Part shown: positions 1 to 14,174 of the stretch, one piece after another
Layout: each line of letters starts with the position of its first letter
How positions within the stretch are numbered: the first letter of the stretch is position 1
Origin: Eledone cirrhosa
Lineage: Eukaryota
Reading direction: 5' to 3'
DNA: 64,000 nt
Assembly: GCA_964016885.1 (NCBI GenBank)
Contig: OZ024740.1
Coordinates: 199,392,001-199,456,000 of the forward strand
Position numbers and translations under genes: made by a program
Notes under the pieces: model-generated
What the model was told of the DNA's origin: nothing
What the model saw: only the letters and a program-made list of their open reading frames with translations
The model's database searches: none

Positions 1-1007
1 TGTGTGTGCATATATTAAGCAACAATGCACAATCGGCTTATGCGGCTTCATCAGCGGGTAACGTCTAATCAATAACCAATCGATCGACATAATCCAAACA
101 CCGGCCCGTGCGGGTCATGACTGTTTGTGACAACCGACACGGTAAAGCGATTAACTCTATCTCTCAACTAGCCACTGATTTACAAATTTTACGTGGGGAC
201 GGAAAGCTAAAAAGAATCAATCTATTAGCTCCTGTCAGAAGCACTCAGCCAACGTGTCTCACACTCAAATTATCAAGGGGTGAAAAGATGGCTATTAGAA
301 ATAGCAGTTCACATTGATATAATATACAATGGTAGCATTCGGTTCATGTCTCCAAGCCTCATGGTTAGAGGAAAGCGATGGTAATAATGGTAGTGCCAAG
401 AACCTTTAACGGACTTTAAATGCGATCATCCATTATATACCAATATGGTAGCGAGCTGAAATGTGTCAGCCATGTGCGTAGATAACCAGTCTAATTCAGA
501 ACTTAAAAGAGTGACAGACAAAATTAGTAGCAGGAAAAAGAGTGCATATCAAAACAAAACCACAATAAAAAGTGAAAAATTGTTTAACTTACTCTCAATA
601 TTCCGCTCGTTGGGAGATAATAATAATAAGGGTTGGCGAACCCAGCAAAGTAGATTTGAGATGGAGGGTCTGCGGTTTTTCTCTAAAGTGGTAGTATCGT
701 AGGTAGGTACGTAGGTAGTTAGCTAGTGATGGTAAGTAGTGAAGGTTCGCGTCGAGGAGGAACTAAAAAGATGGCTTCAAGATGAATGTGGCCCCGGGTA
801 GCCCAGAAGGTAGAGACCATTATTTTAATTTAAAAAATGAAAATATTTTAAATTTTAGATAAAGGAGATTGAAACCCTACCTCCTATCTACATATACTTA
901 AAGCTTGCATAGGTACAACACAACTACCCACACGTCCACCTAGAGACCGACGAAAGCAGACGGGAAATTAATGTGAGAAAAACCACAGACCCTCTATCTC
1001 AACTCTA

Positions 1008-1043
1008 CTTTTGAAAAGCAGAAGAACTGCGAAACCGGTAAAG
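1008..1043 (+). ncRNA. Minimal type I hammerhead ribozyme, U3-A8 core variant
   Basis: ctt-TTGAAAA-gcag aagaa ctgc-GAAAC-cg-GTA-aag. Stem I ctt/aag, stem II gcag/ctgc, palindromic ACCGGT helix III. A related copy lies at 24135-24172. Confidence 0.6.
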
Positions 1044-1150
1044 GAACCAAATAAATATATATATATTTTTTTAAATAAGACTCCAGTTGCATTTTCGATT
1101 TCATCTTTTTTCATTATATTTATATATATATATATATTTTAATATAGAAG

Positions 1151-1201
1151 AGCTTCTACAGGACTAGAACTGTTTCATTCATGAGAAATCATCAGGAAGC
1201 T
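1151..1201 (-). ncRNA. Type I hammerhead ribozyme
   Basis: Reverse complement reads agcttc-CTGATGA-tttctcatgaat-GAAAC-agttctagtcct-GTA-gaagct, with a 6-bp stem I. Confidence 0.8.
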
Positions 1202-1257
1202 TCCTGATGATTTCTCACGAATGAAACAATTCTAGAGTTTCCCATCCTGTAGAAGCT
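1198..1257 (+). ncRNA. Type I hammerhead ribozyme
   Basis: agcttc-CTGATGA-tttctcacgaat-GAAAC-...-GTA-gaagct. Confidence 0.75.
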
Positions 1258-1345
1258 CTTCTATATTAAAACATTTATATACTGCTGTGTATTGAGTGCC
1301 TTACTTACTGTGGTTACCTCCGATTCAACCCGGAATAACTTATAA

Positions 1346-1383
<38 letters not shown>

Positions 1384-2310
1384 TAATAAAAATAATTAAT
1401 AAAAACAAAGAAACAGTTCCTTATATTAAACTATTCATCATTTTACGATCGTTTCTAGGATATATATGTTTGTGTTGGTATGTATATCATATAGATCTAT
1501 GTAAAAATTTTACAAACTATCAGAGGGAATATACATACCTACACATATATATGCTGTCTTCAGAAATAATGATATTTGTTTATTGACAAAAACCAACAAA
1601 GATTTAATATAATAGGTCTGTTTGGGAACATGTTTTGAATTGACCATTAGAAAGGTAGTGAGTGGTCAAGATGGTAGAATAGTAGTAATAGAACTTTAAT
1701 TTAGAGGTAGAGGAAGGCAGATTTCAGTTTTGAATGGAAAGAGTATGATGAATGAAAAGATTATTTGAGGGATGAAAATAGGTCAAGTCGGTAAAAGGTA
1801 CACGAAGAAATGATGTTATAAAAGAATAATGCTAATGTAAATCTCTAAGGAGAATAACATTTTACGATAAATGTGTTAGTGAAAAATATCAATCTTATTC
1901 TAAATATAGGGAATTTACATCTATAAAAAGAAAATAAATTAATAAATTGATAGGTATATTTATATTGATAAATTTATATTAATTCATATAGATATGATAA
2001 ATAAGAGTTAGATGTAATTGAAGAGTGCTGTTAAAAACGAAGGGAAAATAAAAAAAAAATGAGTATTATTATTATTGAGGGGGGGGGTAAATTTATTAGT
2101 GAGAAATAACAAATTTATATAGATTATAAGGAACATAGAATCATAACCTGAAATTAAAATAGTTTATATGTATACTTATTGGTATAAATTTTAGGAAAAG
2201 ATAGCTGTAAAATGGAAATAAAATTATGCAATTCATTAGTAGTAGAATATTAATTATAGGTTAACTAATTTAAAGAAAAGTGTTATTATAATAATTTCTA
2301 AAGTGTATAT

Positions 2311-4463
2311 TAATTAGGTTTATAATATTTAAAAGTTCTTCTCGGTTTATGATTACATGATATAATTAATTACTGTCGTTTATTTAATAGGATATCCTTA
2401 GATTTCATTATTTCAAAAAGTTCCTGGGAACATAATCTACATTCATATCTATTATTTTGATAAGGGGTGGCCCTTTTGAGCACACTACAGGTCAGGTTAT
2501 AATCTATATTCCCCTTTCTATAATTATTAATTATTTCAGCTAAAGATGTTGTATTAGCTAATGCGGCATTTTTAAAACTGTGTTTGTGGGTATTAAATCT
2601 TACTTTAAATTGGTTAGAAGTAGCTCCTATATATGAATAAGTTGAGTCCTTAGTGTTAACTTTACATTTATATACTATGTTATTAATAAGGCAATTTCCT
2701 TTTAATGGGCAATTTGTTTTGTTTCTAGTTACAACCTTTCGTGAATGCTGTATCAGAGGAGATAGTCAAATTAGGTGTGGAATTTTCACGACTTGTTGTA
2801 TGTGAATGAGATGGTGGTTTGCTGTGGTTTATTTTAGTATTATGGTTAGTTTGATGTATTGGCGGTATATTCATGGTTTTTTTAACATTTATATGCATTA
2901 TAGGCACTTATATTTTGTTGTATATTTTTGGTTGTTGAGTAGGAGAATTTAACCATTGATCTATTTAAAATTTGATTGTATTTGTGGTTTGGCGGGAAGT
3001 TTTTCTCTAGGATAGTAAAACATTTTTTAGGTATATTATCTTTAATTTGTAGATTAAATGGAGCATTATACCAAGTAACTCGTCTATTACGGTTTCGATG
3101 TTGTTTATTATTTTTATAGGATGTATCCTGATGTTTATTAAGAGAATTATTGTTAATGATTTCATCACACATATTTTTAGTTAGATTCATTGATTTAGAT
3201 GTTTCAGCCTGTTTATTAGTAATTTTAGTATTAACATATATTGGAGTATTAGGATGAATAGTTTTTTGAAAGTTACTATATTGTATATTAGAAGAGTTAG
3301 AGAAATTAAGTTTTATGTTGGTATTTTTGGGTATAGTGTGAGTGGCATTTAGGTATGTATATTTCATTTGGTGTTTGTTGGTGATATTGGGTTGTATGTT
3401 TGTAGTGTTATTGGTACAAGGTATATATACTAATTTGTTTTTGTGGCCACTTCTAGCTAAAGCTTCGTTATAAAAAGTCACATTTTTATCAAATACATCC
3501 TAGTTAGATGAAAGGTTAGAAATTCTGACTGAGATATTATATGCTAGGTTTTTAAGGATAGATTTATGGTGATTAGATTGTGAGTGTATGTAATGTAAGT
3601 TTCGGTTAGGTTTATGGTAAGGTTGGTAGATACCCGTAGATAAGTCTAATGTTATATCAAGGAAATTAACTACTTTACTTGTGTTTTCAAATGTAATATC
3701 TAGACTATAATAGTCTTTGAGGAAAGTTCTAAGTTTTTTATTTTTTCAATTTCCGATAGGCTACGGTTATTGGAAAGAAGAAGACAGTCGTCACGATATA
3801 AACCACCTTTAAGGTGGGGAAAAGAAGCATTTATGTTAAATAGAAGAAAGAGGCCCACAAGATCGGTAATTTGGGCAGAATCACTTGAGCCCATAGTAAT
3901 GTCGAATAGATTACTATATGTGTTTCTGGTCCAGTATTCCTTTTGAAATTCCAGTAGTGTTTGTCTAGCATGTGTGATAATATTAATGTCATCCATAGTT
4001 AAGTTTGATCTATTTTTGGCAAATATCAAGGCTTTGTTCAGGAGTATAGGTGATATAGAGGAATAATAATTATATATATCCAATTGTAGAAATGAAGCAG
4101 AAGATTTATTTCTAATATTAGTAAACCAGTTAATTACCTGGGATGTGTTTTCCCAGAGTGGTAAATTAACATGTTTTCTTAATTGTGGGATGATTCTATC
4201 TAAAAATGTTTTACAAATGATGCCAATATCAGATTTGGAAGGGCATATAAGCCTTATAGAAGGATTAGAGTTAAAGTTAGATTTGTGATCTTTCAGGTTA
4301 AAATGTGGTTTTTTCAGTGCCAAAGGTTCAGTTCTATCTTCAATATTAAGTCTATTTACTATGTTGTGTGCTTTGTTGTTGATGTTGGTAAGTGCCGAAT
4401 TGTTTGTTTTTTTATAATTTTTCCTGAGTTCTTTATATATGAACTCATTGTAATTATCAATAT

Positions 4464-4467
<4 letters not shown>
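2311..4467 (-). pseudogene. Penelope-like retroelement (Naiad-like) RT plus GIY-YIG endonuclease, frameshifted and 5'-truncated at a TA tract
   Basis: ORF 3700-4467 has QLDIYNYYSSI, TMGSSDS and LYRDDCL. The linker has WYNAPF. Downstream frames read CN(C)RNKTNCPLKGNCL, IVYKC, YIGATS and CRLC..LLNKR..CNH. Confidence 0.88.
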
Positions 4468-4540
<73 letters not shown>

Positions 4541-4541
<1 letters not shown>

Positions 4542-5135
4542 TAGCATTAAAGCCCGGCGTTGCTCGGGGTCAGTAAGTTTCCAAAGTTAGGTGGCACCAC
4601 CCATTTTATGGCATCACTATTTTGTCTGCCAGGCACTGGGTGAATGAATTGCAGACCTGGACTGCCGAAGCAGGAGCTGCGCAAGCAGTGACAGTTGTAG
4701 TTTCGCCTATGGATATTATCTCTGAGCAAAGAAGTGTTGACATTTATTGTTTCACAGTACTTGCGCAACACGCGCGTAGACGATGCCAGTCGAACAGGGA
4801 GCTGCGATGGAGTTGTTCTGCATGGTTGTCTAATGTGTGTTTTCTAAATTTAAGACAGTAGGGAAGGGTGTGTTATGGGGTAGAGTTAGCTGCTGTTTCT
4901 AGCAGGTTTAGTTACCTCATAGAGGACATTATATTGTATAGTAAATAAACTGATACTTCTTTCTTCCACATTCGTTGAGAGATGTTTTAAAACAGATTTA
5001 TCGGTATTTTTGTTGTTGTTGAGTAAATTTATATGTTGCTTTTGAATAATTGTTTTTTGGTATGCAATGTAATAACTTCTCTTCGTTGTCATTTAAGTAA
5101 ATACATCTTTGACGGTTCCACACTCAAAAACAAAC

Positions 5136-5140
<5 letters not shown>
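4541..5140 (-). mobile_element. Non-autonomous Helitron-like element (3' end at 4541; 5' boundary uncertain)
   Basis: Reverse complement ends in the hairpin CCCGAGCAACGCCGGG, 8 nt, then CTAG, followed by a TA tract. Confidence 0.6.
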
Positions 5141-5221
<81 letters not shown>

Positions 5222-5244
5222 CCCCTCTCTCTCTCTCTCTCTTT

Positions 5245-5285
<41 letters not shown>

Positions 5286-6476
5286 TCTCTCTCACACTCT
5301 CTTCTTTCTCTCTCTTTCTTCCGAGTTCCTAAAGGAAGTTTGTAAGGAGTGGTTTAAGCGTATATAAGAGAAATTTGCAGCATGTATGTAGTTTTATCGA
5401 ATTTTAAGGGGAGAAGAGAGAGGTAATCAGATTGTATTACAGGGGTAAAGCGTCATATATTTAGTTTCATCGATTAATTCCATAATTGTGGGTGAGCTGG
5501 AATAAAATAAATAGTCGTTGAATTTAGTTAGACCATTTACAACTTTCATACAGACTTTGAGTTGAATCGGTTTGAAAATGTGCAAATGTATAAACATGGA
5601 ACATGCACACACACACAACAACAACAATCTGCCTTTTATGATAATGATACACGAATATACGTTATGACAGCTGTGATTACATAATTAAAATTAATTTTAT
5701 CCGCATTTCCGCAGGGGCAACACATTATAATTAAGTAATCGCATTTTCAGCTGGCATGGCTCCATAAGACAATATTCTGTATTTAAGAAGAACTTATACC
5801 AGACAAATTTTAGAAGAAAGTTACAAAGTAAATGATATGGCTCAACGAGAGACACACATCTATTGTGTTATTTGAACGTTTTGTCTATACACTTGTATGG
5901 ATGTATGTATGTCTGGGTGGGTGTGAATCTGTGTATATGCACAATTTAAACGGAAAACAACACAACAAAACTAGCCATAATATTTACTTTCTATTAAGGC
6001 CCGAAATTCGTTTAAAAAGGATTATCATTTCTTGCATATTTTTCTCCTATCTTTATATGCCTACATATTAGATATTTATAAATTGTTATACATATTATTG
6101 CAGATTTGGTTAGCCACGTTGTATGTATACAGATATAACCTCATCATACACGTTGATTGCAAGAGCACTTCTTAATGTATGTCCTATATGAATGCGAATT
6201 ATACGCAAAATAATACTTCCATTTCCGAATAATACTTAGAGCGAATGGGTATATAATCCCATTAAATAGATATTTTGTTGTGGCTGTTTGTGAGATATAC
6301 ACGCATTCCGGCGAAGGAACGATTAGGTCCGAAACATAATTAAGGTGTTTATCTACCCATTTTTAATTTACATGGAAAATCATATTTTCTGGCCTACTTA
6401 TGCACAATGTGGCAGTTTCAGTTTCTGAATTACGCTCGGATGCTAACGCACGTTTATATACATATAAATATAAATA

Positions 6477-6512
<36 letters not shown>

Positions 6513-6548
6513 TTATAAGAATCAAAGAACTGTTCAAAACATTTCTAT

Positions 6549-6593
6549 GCTTACAACTGTTTCCTCCAAACCGAGGTTTGGATTCTTCGGAGC
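6549..6593 (-). ncRNA. Minimal hammerhead ribozyme (CCGAAGA core)
   Basis: Reverse complement reads gct-CCGAAGA-atccaaacctcggtttggag-GAAAC-agtt-GTA-agc. Confidence 0.65.
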
Positions 6594-7645
6594 AATTTAT
6601 TATTGAATGAACACTTATATGACCTCCTTTTCACCCAAGAGACATACAGATACATATGCAAATATTGTGGGTCAACATTCATTACAGCATTTAGTGTGGC
6701 AGTACATATTTAGAGATTACATTCATATTAAAAGATACAATCAAAAATACTGGTTAAAATACAACATGAAATTAAGCGGTTATAGAGTGCAATGGTTATA
6801 TGTGTGGCAAGCACGTGTGTCTTGTTTATATAGTGTGGCAGAGAGTTACGTGTAATAGAAGCACTTAAGTAGGTAATCAAGAGTGTTAAGGGGGTTGATC
6901 TGGTAAATAATTCTTTATATGATTGTTATAGCCTGTGTGTGGAGAAATAATATAAGTATTAAAAATAATGTAAGCATTAAAAATAATGTAAGCATTAAAA
7001 ATATTGGAAATGCGTAGCGAAGCGATGATATGGATTTCATGCACTGCGACATTTTCATAGTCTGGGGAGCGTATTTTTCAGATTATATGCCCCTCACATA
7101 ATCCACTACGATTCTCTAACTGGATTGTCAAACGCCCAATATCGAATCGTCGTGGATTATGTGAGGGGCATATAATCTGAAGAATACGCTCCCCAGACTA
7201 TGAAAATGTCGCAGTGCATGAGTCCATATCATCGCTTCGCTACGCATTTCCAATATTTTTAATGCTGACATTATTTTTAATACTTATATTATTTCTCCAC
7301 GCACAGGCTATAACAATCATATAAATAATTCTTTACCAGATCAACCCCCTTAACACTCTTGATTACCTGCTTAAGTGCTTCTATTACACGTAACTCTCTG
7401 CCACACTATATAAACAAGACACACGTGCTTGCCACATATATAACCATTGCACTCTATAACCGCTTAATTTCATGTTGTATTTTAACCTGTATTTTTTATT
7501 GTATCTTTTAATATGAATGTAATCTCTAAGTGTGTACTGCCACACTAAATGCTGTAATGAATGTTGACCCACAATATTTGCATATGTATCTGTATGTCTC
7601 TTGGGTGAAAAAGAGGTCATATAAGTGTTCATTCAATAATAAATT

Positions 7646-7690
7646 GCTCCGAAGAATACAAACCTCGGTTTGGAGGAAACAGTTGTAAGC
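7646..7690 (+). ncRNA. Minimal hammerhead ribozyme (CCGAAGA core)
   Basis: gct-CCGAAGA-atacaaacctcggtttggag-GAAAC-agtt-GTA-agc. Confidence 0.65.
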
Positions 7691-7892
7691 ATAAAAATGT
7701 TTTGAACAGTTCTTTGATTCTTATAATTCATATAACTTCTCTGTAAATCATCTGATGTTATTACATTGAGCTATTTAACTTACTGGTAATAAGGTAGTAA
7801 TATATTACTGCCTACCACTGTTTAGGGTTTGTAAAAATATATATAACTACAAAAGGTTTTTGTATTTGCATAACCATAAATAGTATAATTAA

Positions 7893-7935
<43 letters not shown>

Positions 7936-8032
7936 CACACACACGTATATATATATAATACAGTATATTGCCAAATGTACTATACACACATTCATGTATA
8001 CATCGCTATTTCAGATCATTCAATACTAATAA

Positions 8033-8093
<61 letters not shown>

Positions 8094-8299
8094 ATATATT
8101 ATATATATATATATATATATTACATATATATATATATAATAAGACCAAACCGTTTCTTTACAAATCATGTTGTGACAGTGAAAAAAAGGGTGAAAAGTGT
8201 AATGTCTGACATTTTGGTTATTTAGTATGTTTCTTTGTAAATGTGCCAAATAATTCAATAACTATTTATTTATTTTTCTTTACTTTAAACGGTTTCAGC

Positions 8300-8995
8300 T
8301 GTGTTTACATACTTTACATAATAATTTTTCGTTGCAGTCTTTCTAGAGAATTGTTTTATGTATATCTCATCTGCTTATTTGCTTGCGTTATTGCTGAGTA
8401 CAAATTTTACAACGGGAAGAATATGTCTCATTACAAAGGGCTTGCTTATTTTCTTTTTATTTTCTCTATTTAAAGAAAATTATCTCTGTTAAACAATTGA
8501 GATTTCATTTGAATTTACTCATAGAAAATCTTTCCTTACTAAACCGATTTTCTCGTGTAAAATTTTCGCTACGCTAGTGAAATGGGAGCTAATCGGTTTT
8601 TCGCAGCATTCGTCCTCAAGATTCCACTATATGTTAGTTTGAAAGTTGAAATATATGGAGGATCATTTTTCTTGTTTGGGTTTTTGTATCTGGGGGTACT
8701 TTGCTATTGATTTACCTTGCATTTTTTTATGCTATTCTTGATTAAATTCTGACGATATTTTCTCTTGATAAGTATAATTTAGTATGTGCTGTCTAGTTGC
8801 TGGGTTTAAGCCGATGGTACAGATTTGCTTGGCTAAAGTAAAAAGAATATACGTGTGTGTGTGTGTGATGGATAAGATTATGTCGTAAGGAGGCATTGTC
8901 GGGCAATCAGTAGGTTTGATGTCAGTTTCTAATTTTCTATTTTTTTTGTTTGTTAGGATATCTAAAAATGGAAGTCTTGTATTGCTAAAATCCAT
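8300..8995 (-). pseudogene. Degraded Neptune-like PLE fragment (RT C-terminus/thumb toward the endonuclease)
   Basis: LPFLDIL..KLETDIKPTD..LAKQICTI aligns with LAFLDIL..KLDTDIFYKPTD..LAKRICTI in ORF 61164-62234. Confidence 0.7.
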
Positions 8996-9206
8996 AAGGC
9001 TCTAAACATAAACAGGAAATTGTTTTTAGGAAGACTGCAAGGAAGACACTTTTAAAAGCAGTGTAAACGCAGCTATAACCAGATAAAGGGCACAAAGATA
9101 TATAACAATTCATCAAATTGTTTGGCAAAGTGATACAGAAACATTTCTAAATAACTAAGAGGCCAGTTATTTTACTTTTCAAACTCTATCATCCCTATAT
9201 GTGGGA

Positions 9207-9244
<38 letters not shown>

Positions 9245-9246
<2 letters not shown>

Positions 9247-9437
9247 TAAGAGTCAGAAGCCCGACGGCTGAGCTCCGGCCGCTTCGAAAGCTAGGTCTGA
9301 ACTCAGAACTAACTGTCGAAACGGCCGGAGCTCAGCCGTCATGGTCCTGACTCTTTTTCCTATTACTCACTCTACTACCCAGTATCAAGTACTTAGGTGC
9401 ATTATGGTCCCCCTGGTTACTTACCACACTTCCTTTG

Positions 9438-9440
<3 letters not shown>
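9245..9440. mobile_element. Short fold-back element, family A (3' half of an HHR), in a TA tract
   Basis: Hairpin about 9248-9355 containing GAAAC-ggccggagctcagcc-GTC. The tail is shared with 22630-22832 and 52096-52302. Confidence 0.75.
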
Positions 9441-9498
<58 letters not shown>

Positions 9499-9751
9499 TA
9501 AAGGTTGAGAATAGACCCACAGATCGGCGATTTTGATCGTCTACTTTTCCTAACATACCCGCTCTGAATCATAATATGTATCCATTAATTTTCATATGTG
9601 TTGTATTCTCGGTACCGGTAGCGCAGACTATCAAAAGACCTACACAGCCAAACCTGCACATACGCTTATATACATATATATCATAGCTAATCCACAATAT
9701 CTCTCTATCCTTCCCTCTCCTCATTATGTCTCATTACATAACATTAACCCT

Positions 9752-9786
<35 letters not shown>

Positions 9787-10007
9787 GGTAAACAGAAATA
9801 ACAAAAATGACGAAATAACGACACGCTACATGGGAGAATTATATTAATTTAACGCTTGAAATATCGGGGAGAATGTCTTAACGTTTTAGACATCAGTCTT
9901 ACATCAAAAGACTGAGTTAGAAATAGAAGATAAATAGAATGTAAGGTGTGATAATAGGAAGGAACGGGGATTATGTGTATATATATATATAAATATATAT
10001 ATATATA

Positions 10008-10821
10008 CGGGGTAACAAATAATAGTTATATGCAGTCCACTTAGGTGTAGTCCAGTTATGGTATTCCGGGTAGTGGATGATATTAACGCTTGGCTAAGTT
10101 TGACTCAACAAGGCGTTTTCATAGTGATGCTGCGAGTACGCTGTAATTCCTATGTTGTAAACACTTGGAGTAATAATAAATCAGGAGAGAAGAGTGACAC
10201 GGTTTGCTATACAAAAAAGGTTTTTAATCTCATTGCTGACAATTGTTTCTCTGAACTGGTAAGTCTAGAGATCGCTATCCGCTTATTTTCGCGTTACTCG
10301 ATCGCCAATACAAAGTTATAACCAGTCAGTTCAGCGGAGCTTGAGAGAATGAAGAGAATATACAGGCATGAAAGGAATATACAGGCTACTATATGTAGAA
10401 GTAATGGCATTCAGTTAGAACAATAACAACAATATCAACAATGCTAGCAATAAAATATTTGAAATAATCACAACATCAATCTAGGTGGGGGGGGGGGGGG
10501 GGGGGTATAGTATATCTATGATTTTAGCGTGTAAAACTAGCTGACATGAAGCAGATGTATAAAATTGACATGTAAAGACTGTCGTAGGGTGTATTATATC
10601 AAGTGTAAAGATAAGCCGGTGTTTTTAAACAATGTAGGTCAGGTGGCCGTAATAGTTAGTTTTTATCTGACCGATGAAGTATTTATCACTGTAGCAGAAT
10701 TTATGTGGTCTATATTAGATGAGAGATCTGTCTATCTTTTCGATCCTCAATAACATACATGTATAGGACAACGCTAACAAAGCTAAATAATGGGCAAGTT
10801 AATACAATGGTTAATGAGGTA

Positions 10822-10854
<33 letters not shown>

Positions 10855-11311
10855 TACACACACATGCACACAAACATATACATACATATCCACACACACT
10901 CATACAAATACATACATACATACAAAGAGAAAATATGCTGACTATAATTATAGCAAGAGGAAGGTTCCATTGAAGTAGTATTTTGAAATGTACTTGGATT
11001 TAGGATCAAGCGATGACAGCAGCTGAGAAGAGATAAGTTTATGGGTTGATGAGGTACTTACAGACATTTGTGTGGTATAGAACTAAGATGGCTAGAATAT
11101 ACTTAATGAATATATTTCTGTTGTGATTTGTGCAGAGTAGTGGGTATCCTGGTTGGAAGCTATGTTACGTCGGTTCGAAACAACGGAACTTTACCTTCCT
11201 CTTGCTATAATTATAGTCAGCATGTTTTCTCTTTGTATGTATGTATGTATGTATTTGTATGAGTGTGTGTGGATATGTATGTATATGTTTGTGTGCATGT
11301 GTGTGTGTATA

Positions 11312-11399
<88 letters not shown>

Positions 11400-12455
11400 A
11401 ATATAAATTAGCGAGAATAGTTTTCAGCTCAGGAATTAACGAAAATCAACGTCCGATATGTGTGGCAAGCGCTCGATGAATCATATGAATCAGAGCTACA
11501 ACATACGTTAAGGGCCAAACACACTGAGATGATGGTTAAACATATCATCCGCACAACCAAAATCAAAACGACCAAGTAATTCGGGTCAAACAATAAAAAT
11601 ATATGTGTTGATACTTTCCCGGACCCTGGACTGATGGTAAAATCCAGTATTGGTTTCTGCGATCCAAATCAGGTACTGTCCGCCTACATAAAGAATGTTG
11701 GGCTTCTGGTGAGATGATGAACAAGGCAGTCGTGTTTTCAACGGGTTTTGCTCCAATATGCTATAGATAGTGTATGCTATTACTGACCCCTCGTGGGATT
11801 CAGCATATATATATATATATATTACCTCATTAACCTCTGTATTAACTTGCCCATTATTTAGCTTTGTTAGCGTTGTCCTATACATGTATGTTATTGAGGA
11901 TCGAAAAGATAGACAGATCTCTCATCTAATATAGACCACATAAATTCTGCTACAGTGATAAATACTTCATCGGTCAGATAAAAACTAACTATTACGGCCA
12001 CCTGACCTACATTGTTTAAAAACACCGGCTTATCTTTACACTTGATATAATACACCCTACGACAGTCTTTACATGTCAATTTTATACATCTGCCTCATGT
12101 CAGCTAGTTTTACACGCTAAAATCATAGACATACTATACTTCCCACCTAGATTGATGTTGTGATTATTTCAAATATTTTATTGCTAGCATTGTTGATATT
12201 GTTGTTATTGTTCTAACTGAATGCCATTACTTCTACATATAGTAGCCTGTATGTTCCTTTCATGCCTGTATATTCTCTTCATTCTCGCAAGCTCCGATGA
12301 ACTGACAGGTTATACATTTGTATTGGCGATCGAGTAACGCGAAAATAAGCTGATAGCGATCTCTAGACTTACCAGTTCAGAGAAACAATTGTTAGCAATG
12401 AGATTAGAAACCTTTTTTGTATTGCAAACCGTGTCACTCTTCTTTCCTGATTTAT

Positions 12456-12457
<2 letters not shown>
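10008..12457. mobile_element. Large fold-back element with arms of about 800 bp; right arm interrupted by a nested insert
   Basis: 10174-10968 is the inverse of 11193-12457, giving identical mirror ORFs 10565+ and 11891-. Extra sequence 11400-11805 sits inside the right arm's TA tract. Confidence 0.85.
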
Positions 12458-12491
<34 letters not shown>

Positions 12492-13605
12492 GAGAGAGAG
12501 CGGCAATAGCAAGAGAAAAAACATCTACAGTAATAGAACTGTTTCGTTCGTATGATATCATCTCATTAGATATACATACTACCAATTTGATAAATATATA
12601 TATTTCTCAATCTATGTAGCTGTCTTCCTCATTACCTAGACAATAACAGTATGCAGTGGGCAACACTCCCCTCTCTCCCTCACACCCGTTCTCCTCCATA
12701 TCTCTCCCTCCGTCGCTCTTCCCCTTTACCTACAAAATAACAAACAGTAAAACTGTGAATATCTTTCTCCCTATATATCTCCCTGTATTGATCCCTCTTT
12801 TTAACTCTCCGCGACAATTCATCGTTTAACCTCTCGTATTCTCTCTCTCTCATTATCTAGAAAATACTATACTGTACACCATACCTTCTCTTTCTGCAAT
12901 ACACCATCTCTCGTTATATCCTTATCTTTCTCTCCTTCTCTTTCTCTCTCCCTCTCTTTATATATCCCTCTCTTTCTCTCTCCTCTTTCTCTCTCCCTCT
13001 CTTTATCTCTGCTTCTCTTTAACTCTCCTTCCCTTTCTCTCTCCTTCTCTTTCTGTCTCCGTCTCATTCTCTCTCCCTCTCTTTCTCTCTTCTCTTTCTC
13101 CCTCTCGTTCTCTCTACTTCTCCCTCTCTTTCTCTCTCCTTCTCTGTCACCCTCCCATTCTTTCTCTCTTCCTCTCTGTCTCCCTCTCGTTCTCTCTACT
13201 TCTCTCCTTCTTTGTCTGTCTCCCTCTCTTTCTCTATCCCTCTCTTTCTCTTACGCTACAGTATAACAGGTAACTATTTCCACACTCTTCTTCGCTCTCA
13301 TTACCTAAACATTAGTTTACTTTACAACAAGCAATCTCTTTATCTCTCTATTTATTTCTCAGTCTTACTCATTACGCAGCAACAATATACATTGCAATAA
13401 AAAAATACAACAGTATATTGAATAGATAAAGTATCTATTTAGTATTTTTTCTAGACCGGATATTAACTATTGATCTAGACGATATATGCAAAAATAAATT
13501 TAGAAACACAAAAACTTCAACAACAATACAAAACAGAAAGGAAAATAATATAATTAAAATAGATGTAAATGAACTATATATATATACACACACACACGTG
13601 CACAG

Positions 13606-13693
<88 letters not shown>

Positions 13694-13844
13694 ATGTGCG
13701 CGCGTGTGCGTGTGTGTGTGACTGTCTGTGTTTGTGTATGTGTGTTCCTTTATTAGCAATTTGTAAATCTCTAGAGCGTTCAATGCATATTGAAATATGT
13801 AAATACACACACACACATACACACACATACAGACACACACACAT

Positions 13845-13913
<69 letters not shown>

Positions 13914-14016
13914 TGTGTGTGTATGTATCGCTGTCCAACTTACTATCGATTCCCCCTAGTTACTGTCACACACATAACTATCATACATGTGTCGTTATTA
14001 CATCCGTCCAGTATAT

Positions 14017-14108
<92 letters not shown>

Positions 14109-14174
14109 GTTGTGTATAATGGTAGCTATGGTGCTTCCATAGGCGGTATGCCAAAATTAGCACTCGATATTCAG

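Larger units (their letters stand above)
1137..1348. mobile_element. Fold-back PLE pLTR fragment with two opposed HHRs and a 3' tail, between TA tracts
   Basis: Inverted arms about 1137-1200 and 1201-1271, centred on the palindrome GGAAGCTTCC. Unique tail to about 1348. Confidence 0.8.
6507..7895. mobile_element. Fold-back element with arms of about 600 bp, a 29-nt loop and a tail, flanked by TA tracts
   Basis: 6507-7114 is the near-identical inverse of 7144-7733, giving mirror ORFs 6607+ and 7384-. Tail 7734-7895. Confidence 0.9.

Noticed and set aside
30-60. Minus-strand CTGATGA here and at about 23826, suggesting ambisense ribozyme pairs with the U3-A8 HHRs
   Set aside because: No GAAA or helix III could be completed, so ribozymes in both polarities are unsupported.
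2700-2740. Selenocysteine (UGA) in the Naiad CxCx5Cx5C motif, as reported for some Naiads
   Set aside because: The break here is a 2-nt deletion giving TAG, and none of the four copies has TGA at the Cys positions I read.
6305-6352. Partial HHR-like motifs (also about 1440, 9875, 16790, 30955, 38455, 51210, 52655)
   Set aside because: The core or stem I is too degraded to call. They may be relics.
6607-7632. Mirror-image ORF pairs (also 10565/11891, 24685/27325, 46013/46015, 57443/57817)
   Set aside because: They are by-products of inverted repeats and have no recognisable protein motifs.
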